Origin: Candidatus Hydrogenedentota bacterium
GTDB taxonomy: Bacteria; Hydrogenedentota; Hydrogenedentia; Hydrogenedentales; SLHB01
NCBI GenBank assembly: GCA_963745075.1
Contig: CAVUWV010000018.1
Location: forward strand, 128,001-192,000
Length of the DNA stretch: 64,000 nt
Reading direction: 5' to 3'
The translations under genes were made by a program, and so were the position numbers. Below the pieces are notes generated by a model that did no database searches, was not told the DNA's origin, and saw only the letters and a program-made list of their open reading frames with translations. Shown here one piece after another: positions 10,351 to 20,737 of this stretch. How positions within the stretch are numbered: position 1 is the first letter of the stretch; the number at the start of each line of letters is the position of its first letter.

Positions 10351-12668
10351 CCCTCGTCCTCCCCGTTGGTACCGCGATCGGAGCCGGCCCCGGTGGGATT
10401 ACCCGAATCCGCATCATCCTCCGCGCCGGGCGCTTGCGGCGGCGTGACGTGCAAGATATGCGTTTCGCCCAACTTCATGGGGAACGTCAACTGCCGCTTG
10501 TCCAACCACCCGACATTGGTGTCGAGCATGTCCTGAACATCGTACCGATCGCCCATGTCGATCTCATGGTCGCCGTTGCTTCCCGCGTGAATGGCGAAGA
10601 CCTGCGGTCCGAAGTGATACAGATCGTCCCCGCCGGATTCGGGTTTGGCGTAGATATGCTCTTCGAGGATGGTCAAGATTTCGCGAAGCAAATCGGCCGG
10701 CAGCGCGGGGTCGGCCACGTAAATCGAGGCCCAGCCCTCCTCAAAGAACTCGATGGCAACGCTCGTCTTGCCGGAATCGCGATACTTGGCCAGCGCTCGG
10801 CCTTCCTCAGAATCGATGTAAAATAATGGATACCATTCGCCCGAGGCCCCGAACTTCTGGCCCTTTTCGAGCCACTTTCCGCCGTCCAGTATAAACTCAG
10901 ATCCTGCAATGGCAGGTTTCTCGAAGGCAGCCACATGATGCCCCGTGATTAGACTGATATCCTTGGCCGGATCGTCGCCTCCAATGTAACCCGGAGCATA
11001 CATCCAAATCGCCGCGGCGTTCTGGTCGATCAGCACGGAGTGAAGCTGCTCTCGATCCTCCGCGTCGAGATGGAACGCGTTGGTGAAAATGTATGCCATG
11101 GACGGCGCTGCTTTGCCGTTCAGAACGTCCTGAAGCAGGCAGAATTGGGTGGGTGCGCCGGATCGAAGAGCCGCATCGCGGACTTGTGTGAGGAGATTCG
11201 TGTTCAGGGGATCATCGCAGCGCTGATAGAACCGGCTGGGTTCGTCCACGACGACGGTCACGCCGACGCGCTTTTCCGGGGTTGGGTATTCGACAAACCC
11301 GGATCCCTGCGCGAGGTTCTCGGCCGTCCAAATGGTTTGATATGCGGTGCGCATCTTGCCGAAACTGTCCCACATGCGGGGTTCGAGGAGGGTCCCGACG
11401 CCGTCCACGTCGGCCCAAAGCAGGCCCAGACCGTGGGCGAGCGCCCCGGCGTAGTTCCGGCGCTGCACGTTGAGTACATCTTCCGTTCGAAGTCCTTCGA
11501 TCCGTTCCGTCTCCCCGCTTACGGCGTTTCGCGAGACGCCGGTGCGGGTGTCGTCCACGATGTACCACTGTTTCCCGTGGCACACGGCACTGTCCACAGG
11601 GCCCATGAACCCGCCGGCCCCGCCCAGGCCGCGGTCACGGTAGGATACGGGGCTCACAAAGCCATCGACAACTCCGTCCAGCAACAGCCCCAGGGCACAG
11701 TGACCGCTGGCGTTGGAGGTGTATTCAAACGAATACCCGTAGGGGACCAGGACGTCGAAGACCCGGTCGCTGGCCTGATGAACGTGGGCCGCGAAGGTGG
11801 AGATGGCGTCGGCGGTGCTCTCCGAAACGTAGCGCAGGTAGTCGACGTATACCCGGTCTTCCGGTGTTGAATAGAAGACATGTTGCGTATCGCCGGTATC
11901 CGGTTGTGGAGGAATCTCGACGGCGTCGAAACCGGTTCCCGCCTTCCCCCACGCCTCGCCCAGAGCGGCTTCGCTGGGATACTGCGTGCGAAGCCAGGAT
12001 TTGAACCCCGTGAGATTGGTCTCGGATCGGTCGTATTCTTCGCTGTGGCGCCACCGGTCCTCTTCCAGCGCACCGATCACGAGTCCCGTAACGCGGTCGC
12101 CCCGGGCGGAACCGGCGATCCCCTGAAGCAGCTCCGACAAGGCTTGGCGTCCCGCGTCCAGCCACTTTTCCGACGTGACACTGGGGAATACGCCGTCCGA
12201 AGCGGCCGCGTCGGGATAGGCAACAAGCCAGGCGTCCGGGGGATTTAGTGAAATCGCCAGAATGATGTTAGCCTCGGGATCGGCCTCCTCGATCTGGTCG
12301 AGGGGGTATAACGTTTCCGATACCGTAGGACCCTGCTCCGGCCACGGCATGGCAACGCGGAACGCATAGTCGTGGATACCGGCTTTGGCGGCCAGGGTGA
12401 CTTCGCCCACGACCGCATCGAGGTCGGCACCGGGCTGGATGCTTGCGTACAAATACAGGGGGGGCGGTGGTGGAGTTGCGGGATGCGGTGATCCCGATGC
12501 GGACTGCGGCGCCGCTTCCCCGGATGAGGTCTTCTGCAATACAGACGGCTCGGCCCCGTCCCTGGAGCCCAGCCACAGGCCGGCAATCCCTGCGAGGACG
12601 ACGATGCCAATCGCACCGGCGACCCGCAGATAGATGCTGAAGTTTTCAGACGGTCCGCGTGCCGACAT
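10347..12668 (-). CDS. Membrane-anchored GH42/beta-galactosidase-like protein, possibly catalytically degenerate
   Basis: N-terminal TM helix and Pro-rich linker; FKSWLRTQYPSEAALGEAWG, SPVSYRDRGLGG, DDTRT and WMYAPGY resemble PVC-type GH42-like proteins. Confidence 0.6.
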   Translation of the reverse strand: MSARGPSENFSIYLRVAGAIGIVVLAGIAGLWLGSRDGAEPSVLQKTSSGEAAPQSASGSPHPATPPPPPLYLYASIQPGADLDAVVGEVTLAAKAGIHDYAFRVAMPWPEQGPTVSETLYPLDQIEEADPEANIILAISLNPPDAWLVAYPDAAASDGVFPSVTSEKWLDAGRQALSELLQGIAGSARGDRVTGLVIGALEEDRWRHSEEYDRSETNLTGFKSWLRTQYPSEAALGEAWGKAGTGFDAVEIPPQPDTGDTQHVFYSTPEDRVYVDYLRYVSESTADAISTFAAHVHQASDRVFDVLVPYGYSFEYTSNASGHCALGLLLDGVVDGFVSPVSYRDRGLGGAGGFMGPVDSAVCHGKQWYIVDDTRTGVSRNAVSGETERIEGLRTEDVLNVQRRNYAGALAHGLGLLWADVDGVGTLLEPRMWDSFGKMRTAYQTIWTAENLAQGSGFVEYPTPEKRVGVTVVVDEPSRFYQRCDDPLNTNLLTQVRDAALRSGAPTQFCLLQDVLNGKAAPSMAYIFTNAFHLDAEDREQLHSVLIDQNAAAIWMYAPGYIGGDDPAKDISLITGHHVAAFEKPAIAGSEFILDGGKWLEKGQKFGASGEWYPLFYIDSEEGRALAKYRDSGKTSVAIEFFEEGWASIYVADPALPADLLREILTILEEHIYAKPESGGDDLYHFGPQVFAIHAGSNGDHEIDMGDRYDVQDMLDTNVGWLDKRQLTFPMKLGETHILHVTPPQAPGAEDDADSGNPTGAGSDRGTNGEDEG

Positions 12669-13545
12669 ATGCCGCCAACAGCCGCAGGGGTTCCGCGCGC
12701 TCGTCGAAGGGGGCTAAGTGCCCGATGGCCTCTTCAATAAGCCCCCGGGCTTTCGCTTTGGCGCCGTCCACGCCCAAGTGGGTCGAAAACGTCGCCTTGG
12801 CCTCGTTCTCGTCGGGGGCGCCCGCGTCGATTAGATCGTCGGTGATTTGGAATGCCAACCCCAGGCTCAGTGCATATTGTTCCAGCCGTTTGACGTCCTC
12901 GTCGGAGAGTCCTGCCAACCGCCCCGGGATAGCAATGGAGGCCAGGAACAAGGCGGAGGCCTTTTGGATGTAGATCTGCTCCAACTCTTCCAGGCTGGGA
13001 TTCAGATCGGCCATGTTCAGGTCGATGTGCTGGCCGTGAATAATCCCCTCGGTGCCCAGGACTTCGGAGAGAATCTGCACGACCTCGGCCGTTGCGTCCG
13101 TGCCGCACAGGCATTCCGCGTTGCGCGTCACGAGGTGAAACGCGCTGGAGATCAGGCCGAAGGCCGCAAGAATCGACGTGGCCTCGCCGAATTTGTGGTG
13201 GGTACACGGTTTTCCGCGACGATGGGGAGCGTCGTCCATGGCAGGCAAATCGTCGAGAATGAGGGACGCGGTGTGCACGAATTCGACGGCGCAGGCCGCG
13301 TCCAACAGGTTTTCCGGGGCCGTACCCGCAATGTCAGCCACGGCCAGAGCGACGATCGGACGCAGCCGCTTGCCGCCATCCAAGGTGGCGTAGCGCATGG
13401 CTTCGTGCACACCTTTGGGTTCTTTGTCGGCCGGGAGCAGGCGTTCTTCCAGCGCCTTTTCGACCATGTCCTTGCGCGTGCTCAGATATTCGGTTAGATC
13501 CAGACCAACCATGGTGCTTTCCATTTCGCCGGGAGGGGCTGCCAC
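12646..13545 (-). CDS. ispA: Polyprenyl (farnesyl/geranylgeranyl) diphosphate synthase; true start may be 13524 or 13512
   Basis: GGKRLRP, SLILDDLPAMDDAPHRRGKP (FARM), GQHIDL and GLAFQITDDLID (SARM). Confidence 0.85.
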   Translation of the reverse strand: MAAPPGEMESTMVGLDLTEYLSTRKDMVEKALEERLLPADKEPKGVHEAMRYATLDGGKRLRPIVALAVADIAGTAPENLLDAACAVEFVHTASLILDDLPAMDDAPHRRGKPCTHHKFGEATSILAAFGLISSAFHLVTRNAECLCGTDATAEVVQILSEVLGTEGIIHGQHIDLNMADLNPSLEELEQIYIQKASALFLASIAIPGRLAGLSDEDVKRLEQYALSLGLAFQITDDLIDAGAPDENEAKATFSTHLGVDGAKAKARGLIEEAIGHLAPFDERAEPLRLLAAYVGTRTV

Positions 13546-13565
13546 ATGACTCGCAGCCTATGGTG

Positions 13566-14888
13566 TCATTCCGTCGGTTCGATGCGAAGCCAGCCGCCGA
13601 AGTCTTCGTATGCGCCGGTTTGCTCCGCTCGAAATATGTGCTTGGCGATAAATGTCACGTCGCCCGGTGAAGTATCCAGTTCTTCGGTGTCGGTCCTTGT
13701 CGTTTTGAGGACCGAGAGTAGCCGTTCCCCCTGGTGAACTTCGACATTCGTATCGCCGAATTTAGGATAACAATTCGTGTGCGTGACCCGCAACGTGCCG
13801 CCACGGGATTTATACGTTGCCATCCGTGACATGGGCTGGAAAGACTGTCCATTGATGTTGCGGGACTGATACCACCCGTCAACGGGAAGTTCGACGCCGT
13901 GGAAGAAGAGGCTATCTCTGCGCACCATAGGCCAGAAGGAGCCGATCGTAAGGCCCCGTTTTCGAGCTTCATTCCGGGCGATCGTTGCGGCCGGCACGTA
14001 GGCCAGCCCCGCAAACCAGGATCGCAGGTGCGACCAAACCCGCCAAGGCTCGCCATCCAGCAGGGCCCGCCCGACCGCCTTGGCCTCGGCGCGCAGGTAG
14101 GCCGGCACCACGCTCGTGACGCTCGACGCGGGGAAGTTGCGCAGGATGAGTCGCAAGCGGTTTCGGGTGTTTCGGTAGTATTTGCGGCGGAGGTTGGCCC
14201 CCTCCCCCATGGTCGCGCTGAACTTGTGACGGACGGCAGCCGCCGGGCAGGACCACACCTCGTAGCCCGCGTCCCAAAACCGGAGACTAAGATCGAGGTC
14301 GTCGAGGTAGATGTCGAAGTCTGATGGCAACAAGCCTGTCTTGCGCAGGGCATCGCAGCGTAGGAGGCAAGCGCCTCCGCACAGGCCGAGGACCTTGCGG
14401 GGTTCGGCCCATTCCGGCCCGTCGATGCGGCCCAGTCCGAGGTCCCAGCCAACGCCGACCAGGGAGCATTCAATGCCCAGGGAATTGATGATATCGGGCT
14501 GGTCGAATAGGAGCATTTTTGGCGCAACACCGCCTATTTCGGGTCGGGACTCTGCAAATGAGACTAATTGTTCGATGCAATCGGGGGCGATGGCGGTGTC
14601 ATTGTTGAGGAGAAAGACGTAGTCCGCGTTTGCATCGAGGGCGCGTTCCATGCCGACGTTGTTGCCGCCGGACCAGCCGAGGTTCGCGCCGCATTCGACG
14701 AATTCAACGCGATCATCGTGGCCGAACTTAACCCTCACAAACCCGACGCTGCCGTCCGTGCTTGCGTTGTCCAGCAAAACGAACCGCGCATTTGTGTACG
14801 CGCTTGCACAGAGAGTTTCGAAGCACTCCTGCAAGTGCTCCATCCCGTTCCAGTTGATGACGAGAACATGTACCAACGGTTGCGACAT
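13566..14888 (-). CDS. Glycosyltransferase family 2 with C-terminal extension
   Basis: VINWNG, DNASTDGS, NLGWSGGNN, LLNNDT and YLDDLDLSLR. Confidence 0.9.
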   Translation of the reverse strand: MSQPLVHVLVINWNGMEHLQECFETLCASAYTNARFVLLDNASTDGSVGFVRVKFGHDDRVEFVECGANLGWSGGNNVGMERALDANADYVFLLNNDTAIAPDCIEQLVSFAESRPEIGGVAPKMLLFDQPDIINSLGIECSLVGVGWDLGLGRIDGPEWAEPRKVLGLCGGACLLRCDALRKTGLLPSDFDIYLDDLDLSLRFWDAGYEVWSCPAAAVRHKFSATMGEGANLRRKYYRNTRNRLRLILRNFPASSVTSVVPAYLRAEAKAVGRALLDGEPWRVWSHLRSWFAGLAYVPAATIARNEARKRGLTIGSFWPMVRRDSLFFHGVELPVDGWYQSRNINGQSFQPMSRMATYKSRGGTLRVTHTNCYPKFGDTNVEVHQGERLLSVLKTTRTDTEELDTSPGDVTFIAKHIFRAEQTGAYEDFGGWLRIEPTE

Positions 14889-14960
14889 ACTATCCGGGAG
14901 TATAACAGAGCGGATCGCGGGCCAGCGAAACCTCGCGCGTTACCGAATGTCCCGATCAAA

Positions 14961-17003
14961 CTACTTGTGCTTGGGAAGCAGTCCGATTTCATCAAATGGG
15001 ATCGGCTTGAAATCCGGGAGTTTCTTGTACACGACGGAATCAGTTTTCAAGGCGAAATTGCCGGCAGCCATATCGACGAAGCCCGGGTCCTGGTCGGTTA
15101 CGAAGTTGTCGTGTTCGTCCCAGTTGCCTTTGATAAAGTTGCCACACTGGACGGCCACGTTCAAGGTCGCGAGATTCAGACGGGGACGGTCGTTGGGTTC
15201 CATAAAACCAACGAGGTCGGGGTATTTGGTAGTGTAAGGCGGCTTCGTGATGTCGACCTCTTTCAACAAGCGTTCCTGCCACAAGGGGGCGGCGACGTAG
15301 TCCCACCACCGCTTGTCGTCCCACGGCACGGCGCCGATGGCGCGCTTGCAGTCAATGAAGATGTTGTTGGTGACCGTGTTGTCGTGACCGCCGTGAATGA
15401 AGACCGCGCCGAAGTTGCCGCCGGCGGCGTTGTAGAAGACGTTTCCCGTCACGATCTGTCCGCCCGAGCCGTCATCGAAGTAGATGGCACAACTTCCGTG
15501 GGTCAGTTTGCTTCCGATGTCGTGCCAATAGTTGTTTCGGATGATGGTGCCCCGTTCGGACGGATTCCGTCCCATGTAGAAGGCGCCGCAGTCGTCGGTT
15601 TCCATGCCGCTGTGATGAATTTCGTTGAATTCAATGATGTGGTCATTACCGCCCAACCCGATGGCCTGGTGCGGCGCGTCGTGGATGAGGTTGTGTGCGA
15701 GGCGAATCCCCACGCCGTTCATGTGAACGTTGTACGCGTGCGTGCGCTGCCGCCGTGAAATGCGCCAAATGTGATTGTTCTCGACGACGTGTCCGCACGG
15801 GGTCAAGGTCTTGCGGTCTCCCCCGCTCACGTGAACGCCGCCGGTTCCGGTGTCGTGGATATCACATCCGGTAATGGTGTGGTTGGTCCCATCTTTCACA
15901 ATGATACCGGATAGGCCAGTGTTTCGAACCGTGCACGATTTGATCGTCACGCCCTCTCCCCCGGTCACTTCGATTCCGTTCCCCACGCAGATTTCCACGG
16001 TGAGGTTGGCAAGGGTGACGTGCGACGCATCTTGCAGGGAGACGACGGGGGTCGCCAGCGTCGACAACACGATTTGCGCGTCGGTTAACGGCGCGGGCGG
16101 CCAGAAATACAATAGTCCTTTATCGCGATCGATGTAATATTCACCGGGTTGGTCGAGTTCTTCGAGCAAGTTCAGGGCGTAGTAGCGGCGCGCCGCCGGG
16201 TTACCACTGCCGATGCCGTAGTGGTGTTGTTTCGCCAGGGTGATTTGATGGTGTTCGGTATCGATTGCAGCGACCTTAATGGTCTCCGCACTCCAATCGA
16301 AGCACCAGTATCCATGCAGCCAGACCGCGGGAGCGGACCGCCATCGCGAGGGGCGGTCGCCTTCGTACTCGAACACCCCGGGTTTATCCGACGCGTAGTT
16401 GCGCCAGGGGGCGGGTCCGCTCTCGATGACTTTGGCGATGGTCGCCCAGCCCTCGTTGGGCCAGCGGGCCAAGTTCATGCGGTCGCCGTTGAAAAAGAGT
16501 TCGGGCAACGGCGGCGCGTTCTCGAAGTTATCGGGGAACGTGCCCAAATCCGTTATGTTTTCGGCACCGAGATTCATGACAAGGACGTTATCGCGGGCCG
16601 CAGGTTCTAATCGATCCAGTACGGAATGCTCGTCGATTCTCTGAAATCCCTGCGAAGGAAGGTCTCGGCCACCAACGAGACACACTCCGTCCGCCGCACC
16701 TTTGTAGGTAACGGGCGATTCTGCGCTTCCACCGTCTTCAGCGGTCAGGTTCCAGGTTTCGGAGAGATGGTAGCGACCCGATTGAAGAACGACATCGACG
16801 GGTTGGGGCTTCCAGTCCAGCGTTTGCCGCAATTGCCGGACGGCGTTCTGCGCGCCATTCAACGTCGCGAAGGGAGCATCCGCCGTTCCGGCGTTTGCAT
16901 CGTCGCCCTGCGGAGCAATGTAAAGCGTGGAACAAAATGCCGTCACTGGTACCAACAAAGAAACCACGAGAACTAACGTCAACGACTTCATGCGTAACTC
17001 CAT
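14961..17003 (-). CDS. Secreted right-handed parallel beta-helix protein (GH141/lyase-like)
   Basis: YIAPQGDDANAGTADAPFATL, LARWPN, NLLEELDQPGEYY, DCGAFY, IYFDD and beta-helix repeats. Confidence 0.85.
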   Translation of the reverse strand: MELRMKSLTLVLVVSLLVPVTAFCSTLYIAPQGDDANAGTADAPFATLNGAQNAVRQLRQTLDWKPQPVDVVLQSGRYHLSETWNLTAEDGGSAESPVTYKGAADGVCLVGGRDLPSQGFQRIDEHSVLDRLEPAARDNVLVMNLGAENITDLGTFPDNFENAPPLPELFFNGDRMNLARWPNEGWATIAKVIESGPAPWRNYASDKPGVFEYEGDRPSRWRSAPAVWLHGYWCFDWSAETIKVAAIDTEHHQITLAKQHHYGIGSGNPAARRYYALNLLEELDQPGEYYIDRDKGLLYFWPPAPLTDAQIVLSTLATPVVSLQDASHVTLANLTVEICVGNGIEVTGGEGVTIKSCTVRNTGLSGIIVKDGTNHTITGCDIHDTGTGGVHVSGGDRKTLTPCGHVVENNHIWRISRRQRTHAYNVHMNGVGIRLAHNLIHDAPHQAIGLGGNDHIIEFNEIHHSGMETDDCGAFYMGRNPSERGTIIRNNYWHDIGSKLTHGSCAIYFDDGSGGQIVTGNVFYNAAGGNFGAVFIHGGHDNTVTNNIFIDCKRAIGAVPWDDKRWWDYVAAPLWQERLLKEVDITKPPYTTKYPDLVGFMEPNDRPRLNLATLNVAVQCGNFIKGNWDEHDNFVTDQDPGFVDMAAGNFALKTDSVVYKKLPDFKPIPFDEIGLLPKHK

Positions 17004-17078
17004 TACAAATGCCTTTCTCCGTGGTTCCGTCTATTAATCGCCACCGTCATAGACGGGTCCAAGATGTAGTCCTCACGT

Positions 17079-18377
17079 TTACTGCAATCTGCGATTCCAG
17101 CCCGGTTCGGTGGGATGAAGTGATTTAATGTCGGTTGCAAGCGATATCCCCGCGCTCTGCAGTATCTGTCTGAACTCCAGCCCTGGAAGCCGATCGAAAC
17201 ACTCCACCGTGATGCGGTAACGCTCATTTCGGATGGCGTCGCCGTCGCCGAGTTGCACCGCGTCCTTCAGCGGTTGCGCCTGCTTTCTGACCTCCGCGAA
17301 AAAATCCGGCCAGAAAGCGGGTCCATACTGGCGCTCGCATTCGGCGAGAATGTACGCGTGGATGCGATCCACGAGATTCGGCTGCACATCGGGTGGCAGA
17401 ACGTACCCAGAAGCTACGTAGCGCTGAAAGGTGTCCGCCTGGCCTTGGTACGTATCCGTCCAGGACTGGAGAAAGACCGGGTTTGGCGCGACCGTCTGGG
17501 TTGCCTTCATGCCGATGCTCCAGCCGACCATTTCCCAACCGAACTGGGCATGTGTCGCTGCGACGAAGTTATGGGCCATCTCCTCGATATATCCCGAAAC
17601 GTGCGGGACGTGATATTGCGTCCATTCCGGATGCTGGTCCAATTGGAGGTTTTCGTCGTCATAGTAGATGACGCAATTGCTGGTGCCGCCAAAGGCTTCC
17701 TTGCTGCCTTGGGGAAAGTTATACACCACGATGACGTATTCCGTATCGACGCCGACGGTATCGTGCAATGCGTCGTAGGCGCGAACGAGGTATGGAAAGA
17801 CGATGCCGGCGGCCTCTTCACGACTTTTCGGGGCAAACAGCCAGACATGTTCGCTGGTCAACAGGCATCCGGGCCGCCCGATTGCCCCTTCGAACGACGG
17901 GAGGTCCGGGTACTTCAGCGAGGGATTCAGCGTCTGACCTACGGGTGTCACGGCAGCGGTCTCGACCGGAATTTCGTCGGTAGCAGCCGACGGGTTTGGG
18001 ATCATCGCCCGTTCAATTTCCCCGGCCGTTTGACCGTGGCCATTGGCCTTGGCGTAGTCGAGGGGCGTCTTCCCCTGTGCGTCTTTGCGGTTGGGATCGG
18101 CGCCCCCTTTGAGCAAGGCGGTGACGGTTCCCACGTGCCCGTTTGCCGCAGCCAGATGGAGCGGAGTCTTGCCCTCTTCGTTGGGCGCATTCGGATCGGC
18201 GCCTTCCCCCAGGAGTTGTTCAACGGAGCCCAGCTTTCCGTCACGCGCCATTTCGTGCAGGGGCGTTGTGACGCCGGTGGAAGGAGAGGATTCGGAAAAC
18301 CGGCTTATAACGAGCGGCAAGAGCAAGAGACAAAGAACGATTCCAACAACCACACCGAGAATGACGTTTCGGTTCAC
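17079..18377 (-). CDS. Membrane-anchored ankyrin-repeat protein with a C-terminal peptidase-like domain
   Basis: N-terminal TM; TPLHEMA, GKTPLHLAAANGH and GKTPLDYAKANGH ankyrin repeats; EEMAHNF motif. Confidence 0.75.
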   Translation of the reverse strand: MNRNVILGVVVGIVLCLLLLPLVISRFSESSPSTGVTTPLHEMARDGKLGSVEQLLGEGADPNAPNEEGKTPLHLAAANGHVGTVTALLKGGADPNRKDAQGKTPLDYAKANGHGQTAGEIERAMIPNPSAATDEIPVETAAVTPVGQTLNPSLKYPDLPSFEGAIGRPGCLLTSEHVWLFAPKSREEAAGIVFPYLVRAYDALHDTVGVDTEYVIVVYNFPQGSKEAFGGTSNCVIYYDDENLQLDQHPEWTQYHVPHVSGYIEEMAHNFVAATHAQFGWEMVGWSIGMKATQTVAPNPVFLQSWTDTYQGQADTFQRYVASGYVLPPDVQPNLVDRIHAYILAECERQYGPAFWPDFFAEVRKQAQPLKDAVQLGDGDAIRNERYRITVECFDRLPGLEFRQILQSAGISLATDIKSLHPTEPGWNRRLQ

Positions 18378-18431
18378 GATTCACCTCCCCTTCCGCGGAT
18401 CGACCGCAGGCTCGTTTGACCGGAATCACGC

Positions 18432-19619
18432 CTACAAAAAGACTTGACCTTCCCCCCGATACGTGGGAAACTCCTCGACCACCGTGCCGTCTGAAATCCC
18501 CAGTAATAGATTGAATCGCTCGCACATCTCCCCTGCCTTGGCATAGCGCATGAACACCGGGTCACCGAGACCCAGTTTTTCCGGACCATTGTAGCGGATT
18601 GGGGTCTGCACCTCGCCGGCGCCTTCGAGGGGAAGCAACGCGGCGCCCTCTGGCAGGTACGGCCTCGGCATCTTGTCTTTGCCCACTCCCGACGCGACGT
18701 AGCCCCCGCCGTGACAGGTGAAGATGCCGGGGACCGGCACGCGCGTGATTTCGATGGCGTACCCCACGGACGGCGAATGATGAAACCCCGCGTACCAGTC
18801 AAAAAGAACCGGCGAGAAGAATCCGGAACCGACCGTAACCTCGGTAATGCAATCTTCCTCGGCCGTCTTCTCCACGCTTCCGGTACCGCCGCCGTTGATG
18901 AAGGAAAGTTCGACCCCTTCGGCGCGAATGGCACTCACAATGGCCGCGCGGCGTTCGCGAATCTCGGGCAAAGAACGTTTCTTCAAGAATCGAATGAGGC
19001 CGCTCACGATCGCGCTGCCGGGCGAGTAGTCGGGAACCCCGGCGATCTGGGCCTCGTACCCCATCACGCCATCCAACCGGACATTCTTGGCTGCGGCGAT
19101 CCGACGGCACAGTTTTACTGCCTGTTCGGGCGTCTTCACCGGCGACCGTCGCACGCCGAAATGAATGCCAGGAAAGCTGGTGGCCAAATCGATATCCAGA
19201 CAGAGGGGGATTTCGACCCTATGCCGGCGGCCCAGCGTGTCGAGGCAACGAACGTGTTCCTCGCAATCGACCATGCAGCAGATACGCTTGCCGCGTTGGA
19301 TCTCCTCGCCAAGCCGTGCGTCGTCCGCCTCGTGCCAGACGGGATAGGCGACAAGCAGGTCGTCGAACCCCTGCTGACTCAGGAACACCACTTCGCGGGC
19401 GCTGTAGGCCATCACGCCGAAATAGGGCGCCCCGAACGACAGGATGCGTTCCAGCAACGGCACGCAGCGGAGGGATTTCGAGGCGATTCGGATGCGTTTA
19501 CCGCCGGCGCGCGCCGCGATGTCGCGGATATTGCGATCGAAGAGGTCGAGGTCTACGAACGCGAGCGGCATCGGCCATCCGGCGACGGCTTCGCGGTAGT
19601 ATGCGTAGGTTCGTTCCAA
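18432..19619 (-). CDS. PLP-dependent fold-type III amino acid deaminase/aldolase (D-serine dehydratase-like)
   Basis: IRIASKSLRC (PLP lysine), FGVRRSP, GVMGYEAQIAG, NGGGTGS, EGAGEVQTP and PTYRGEG. Confidence 0.85.
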   Translation of the reverse strand: MERTYAYYREAVAGWPMPLAFVDLDLFDRNIRDIAARAGGKRIRIASKSLRCVPLLERILSFGAPYFGVMAYSAREVVFLSQQGFDDLLVAYPVWHEADDARLGEEIQRGKRICCMVDCEEHVRCLDTLGRRHRVEIPLCLDIDLATSFPGIHFGVRRSPVKTPEQAVKLCRRIAAAKNVRLDGVMGYEAQIAGVPDYSPGSAIVSGLIRFLKKRSLPEIRERRAAIVSAIRAEGVELSFINGGGTGSVEKTAEEDCITEVTVGSGFFSPVLFDWYAGFHHSPSVGYAIEITRVPVPGIFTCHGGGYVASGVGKDKMPRPYLPEGAALLPLEGAGEVQTPIRYNGPEKLGLGDPVFMRYAKAGEMCERFNLLLGISDGTVVEEFPTYRGEGQVFL

Positions 19620-19831
19620 CGTATGACGGAGCCTTTCGTTGTCAGTTCGTAGCCGAAGTCACCATTCTCCATAGCGTATTCAGCGCATTCAACTCGGGGT
19701 GGACTTCGGTCACGGCTCCACGCATAATGATTGCTGCTGCAAGGTGTTCTTCGGACGGTATTCCCGTATCCGATCGGTCGGGTGAAGTACACCGTAAATT
19801 CGCAGCACGCACAACCAACAGGAGATGTGCC

Positions 19832-20732
19832 GTGTCGCATCAGAGTTTTGTCACGACGACGCGGGGACTTCGTCAGAGAAAGCCCTCCCATGATTCTGTT
19901 TGAGAAGTCCAAACGGATCGGTGTCTGGAATCCAAGCGAGCTGGACTTCAGCCAGGACAAGAAAGACTGGCAAAGCCTCAACGATATCGAGCGGGACGCC
20001 ATTCTGCAGTTGACCTCGCTGTTTGCGGGCGGCGAGGAGGCGGTCACGCTGGACCTGCTTCCGCTGATTCACACGATCGCCCGTGACGGCCGCGTGGAAG
20101 AAGAGATCTATCTCACGGCCTTTTTGTGGGAAGAAGCCAAGCATACGGATTTCTTTGCCCGGTTCGTCACGGAAGTCGCAGGCGTTGACACGGATCTTTC
20201 TCATTATCAACAAGAGAACTATCGCGCACTGTTCTACGAAGCCCTCCCAAAAGCGATGGAGGCCTTGGAGACCGATCCGTCGTTGACGGCTCTTGCGCGC
20301 GCGTCGACCACGTACAATCTGGTCGTGGAAGGCATCGTCGCGGAGACGGGATATCACGCGTACTTCCTGGCACTGGACAAACAAGGCATCCTGCCGGCCA
20401 CGCGCAGGGGCGTGTTGCACGTGAAACAGGATGAGGCCCGGCATATTGCTTACGGGATTTACCTTTTAGCCCGGCTCATGTCGGAGGATCCTTCGCTGTG
20501 GGACGTGGTGCAGGACACCATGAATGAACTGCTCCCGGTGGTGATGGGTCTCATTCACGAGACGTTCACGCGGTACGAGACGCCGCCCTTCGGCGAGTCG
20601 GAGGAAGTGTTTGCCGCCTACGCCATGGGGCAGTTCCAAAAGCGGTTGGACCGGCTGCAGCGGGCGCGAACGATGACGGAAGCTGAGGTGGACGAGATGA
20701 CGGAAGCGCTGATCGAAGCGGACGACGCGTGA
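19832..20732 (+). CDS. R2-like ligand-binding oxidase (R2lox, Mn/Fe ferritin-like), frameshift at about 19874
   Basis: WNPSELDFSQD, GGEEAVTLDLLP, EEAKH, YNLVVEG, AETGY and DEARH. An RBS plus GTG at 19832 gives MSHQSFVTTTRGLR, which joins RESPPM after removing one base. Confidence 0.85.
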
Positions 20733-20737
20733 TCGAG

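Noticed and set aside
19731..20732. Ribonucleotide reductase beta subunit (nrdB/nrdF)
   Set aside because: The motifs (EEAVTLD, YNLVVEG) fit R2lox, and no alpha subunit is nearby.
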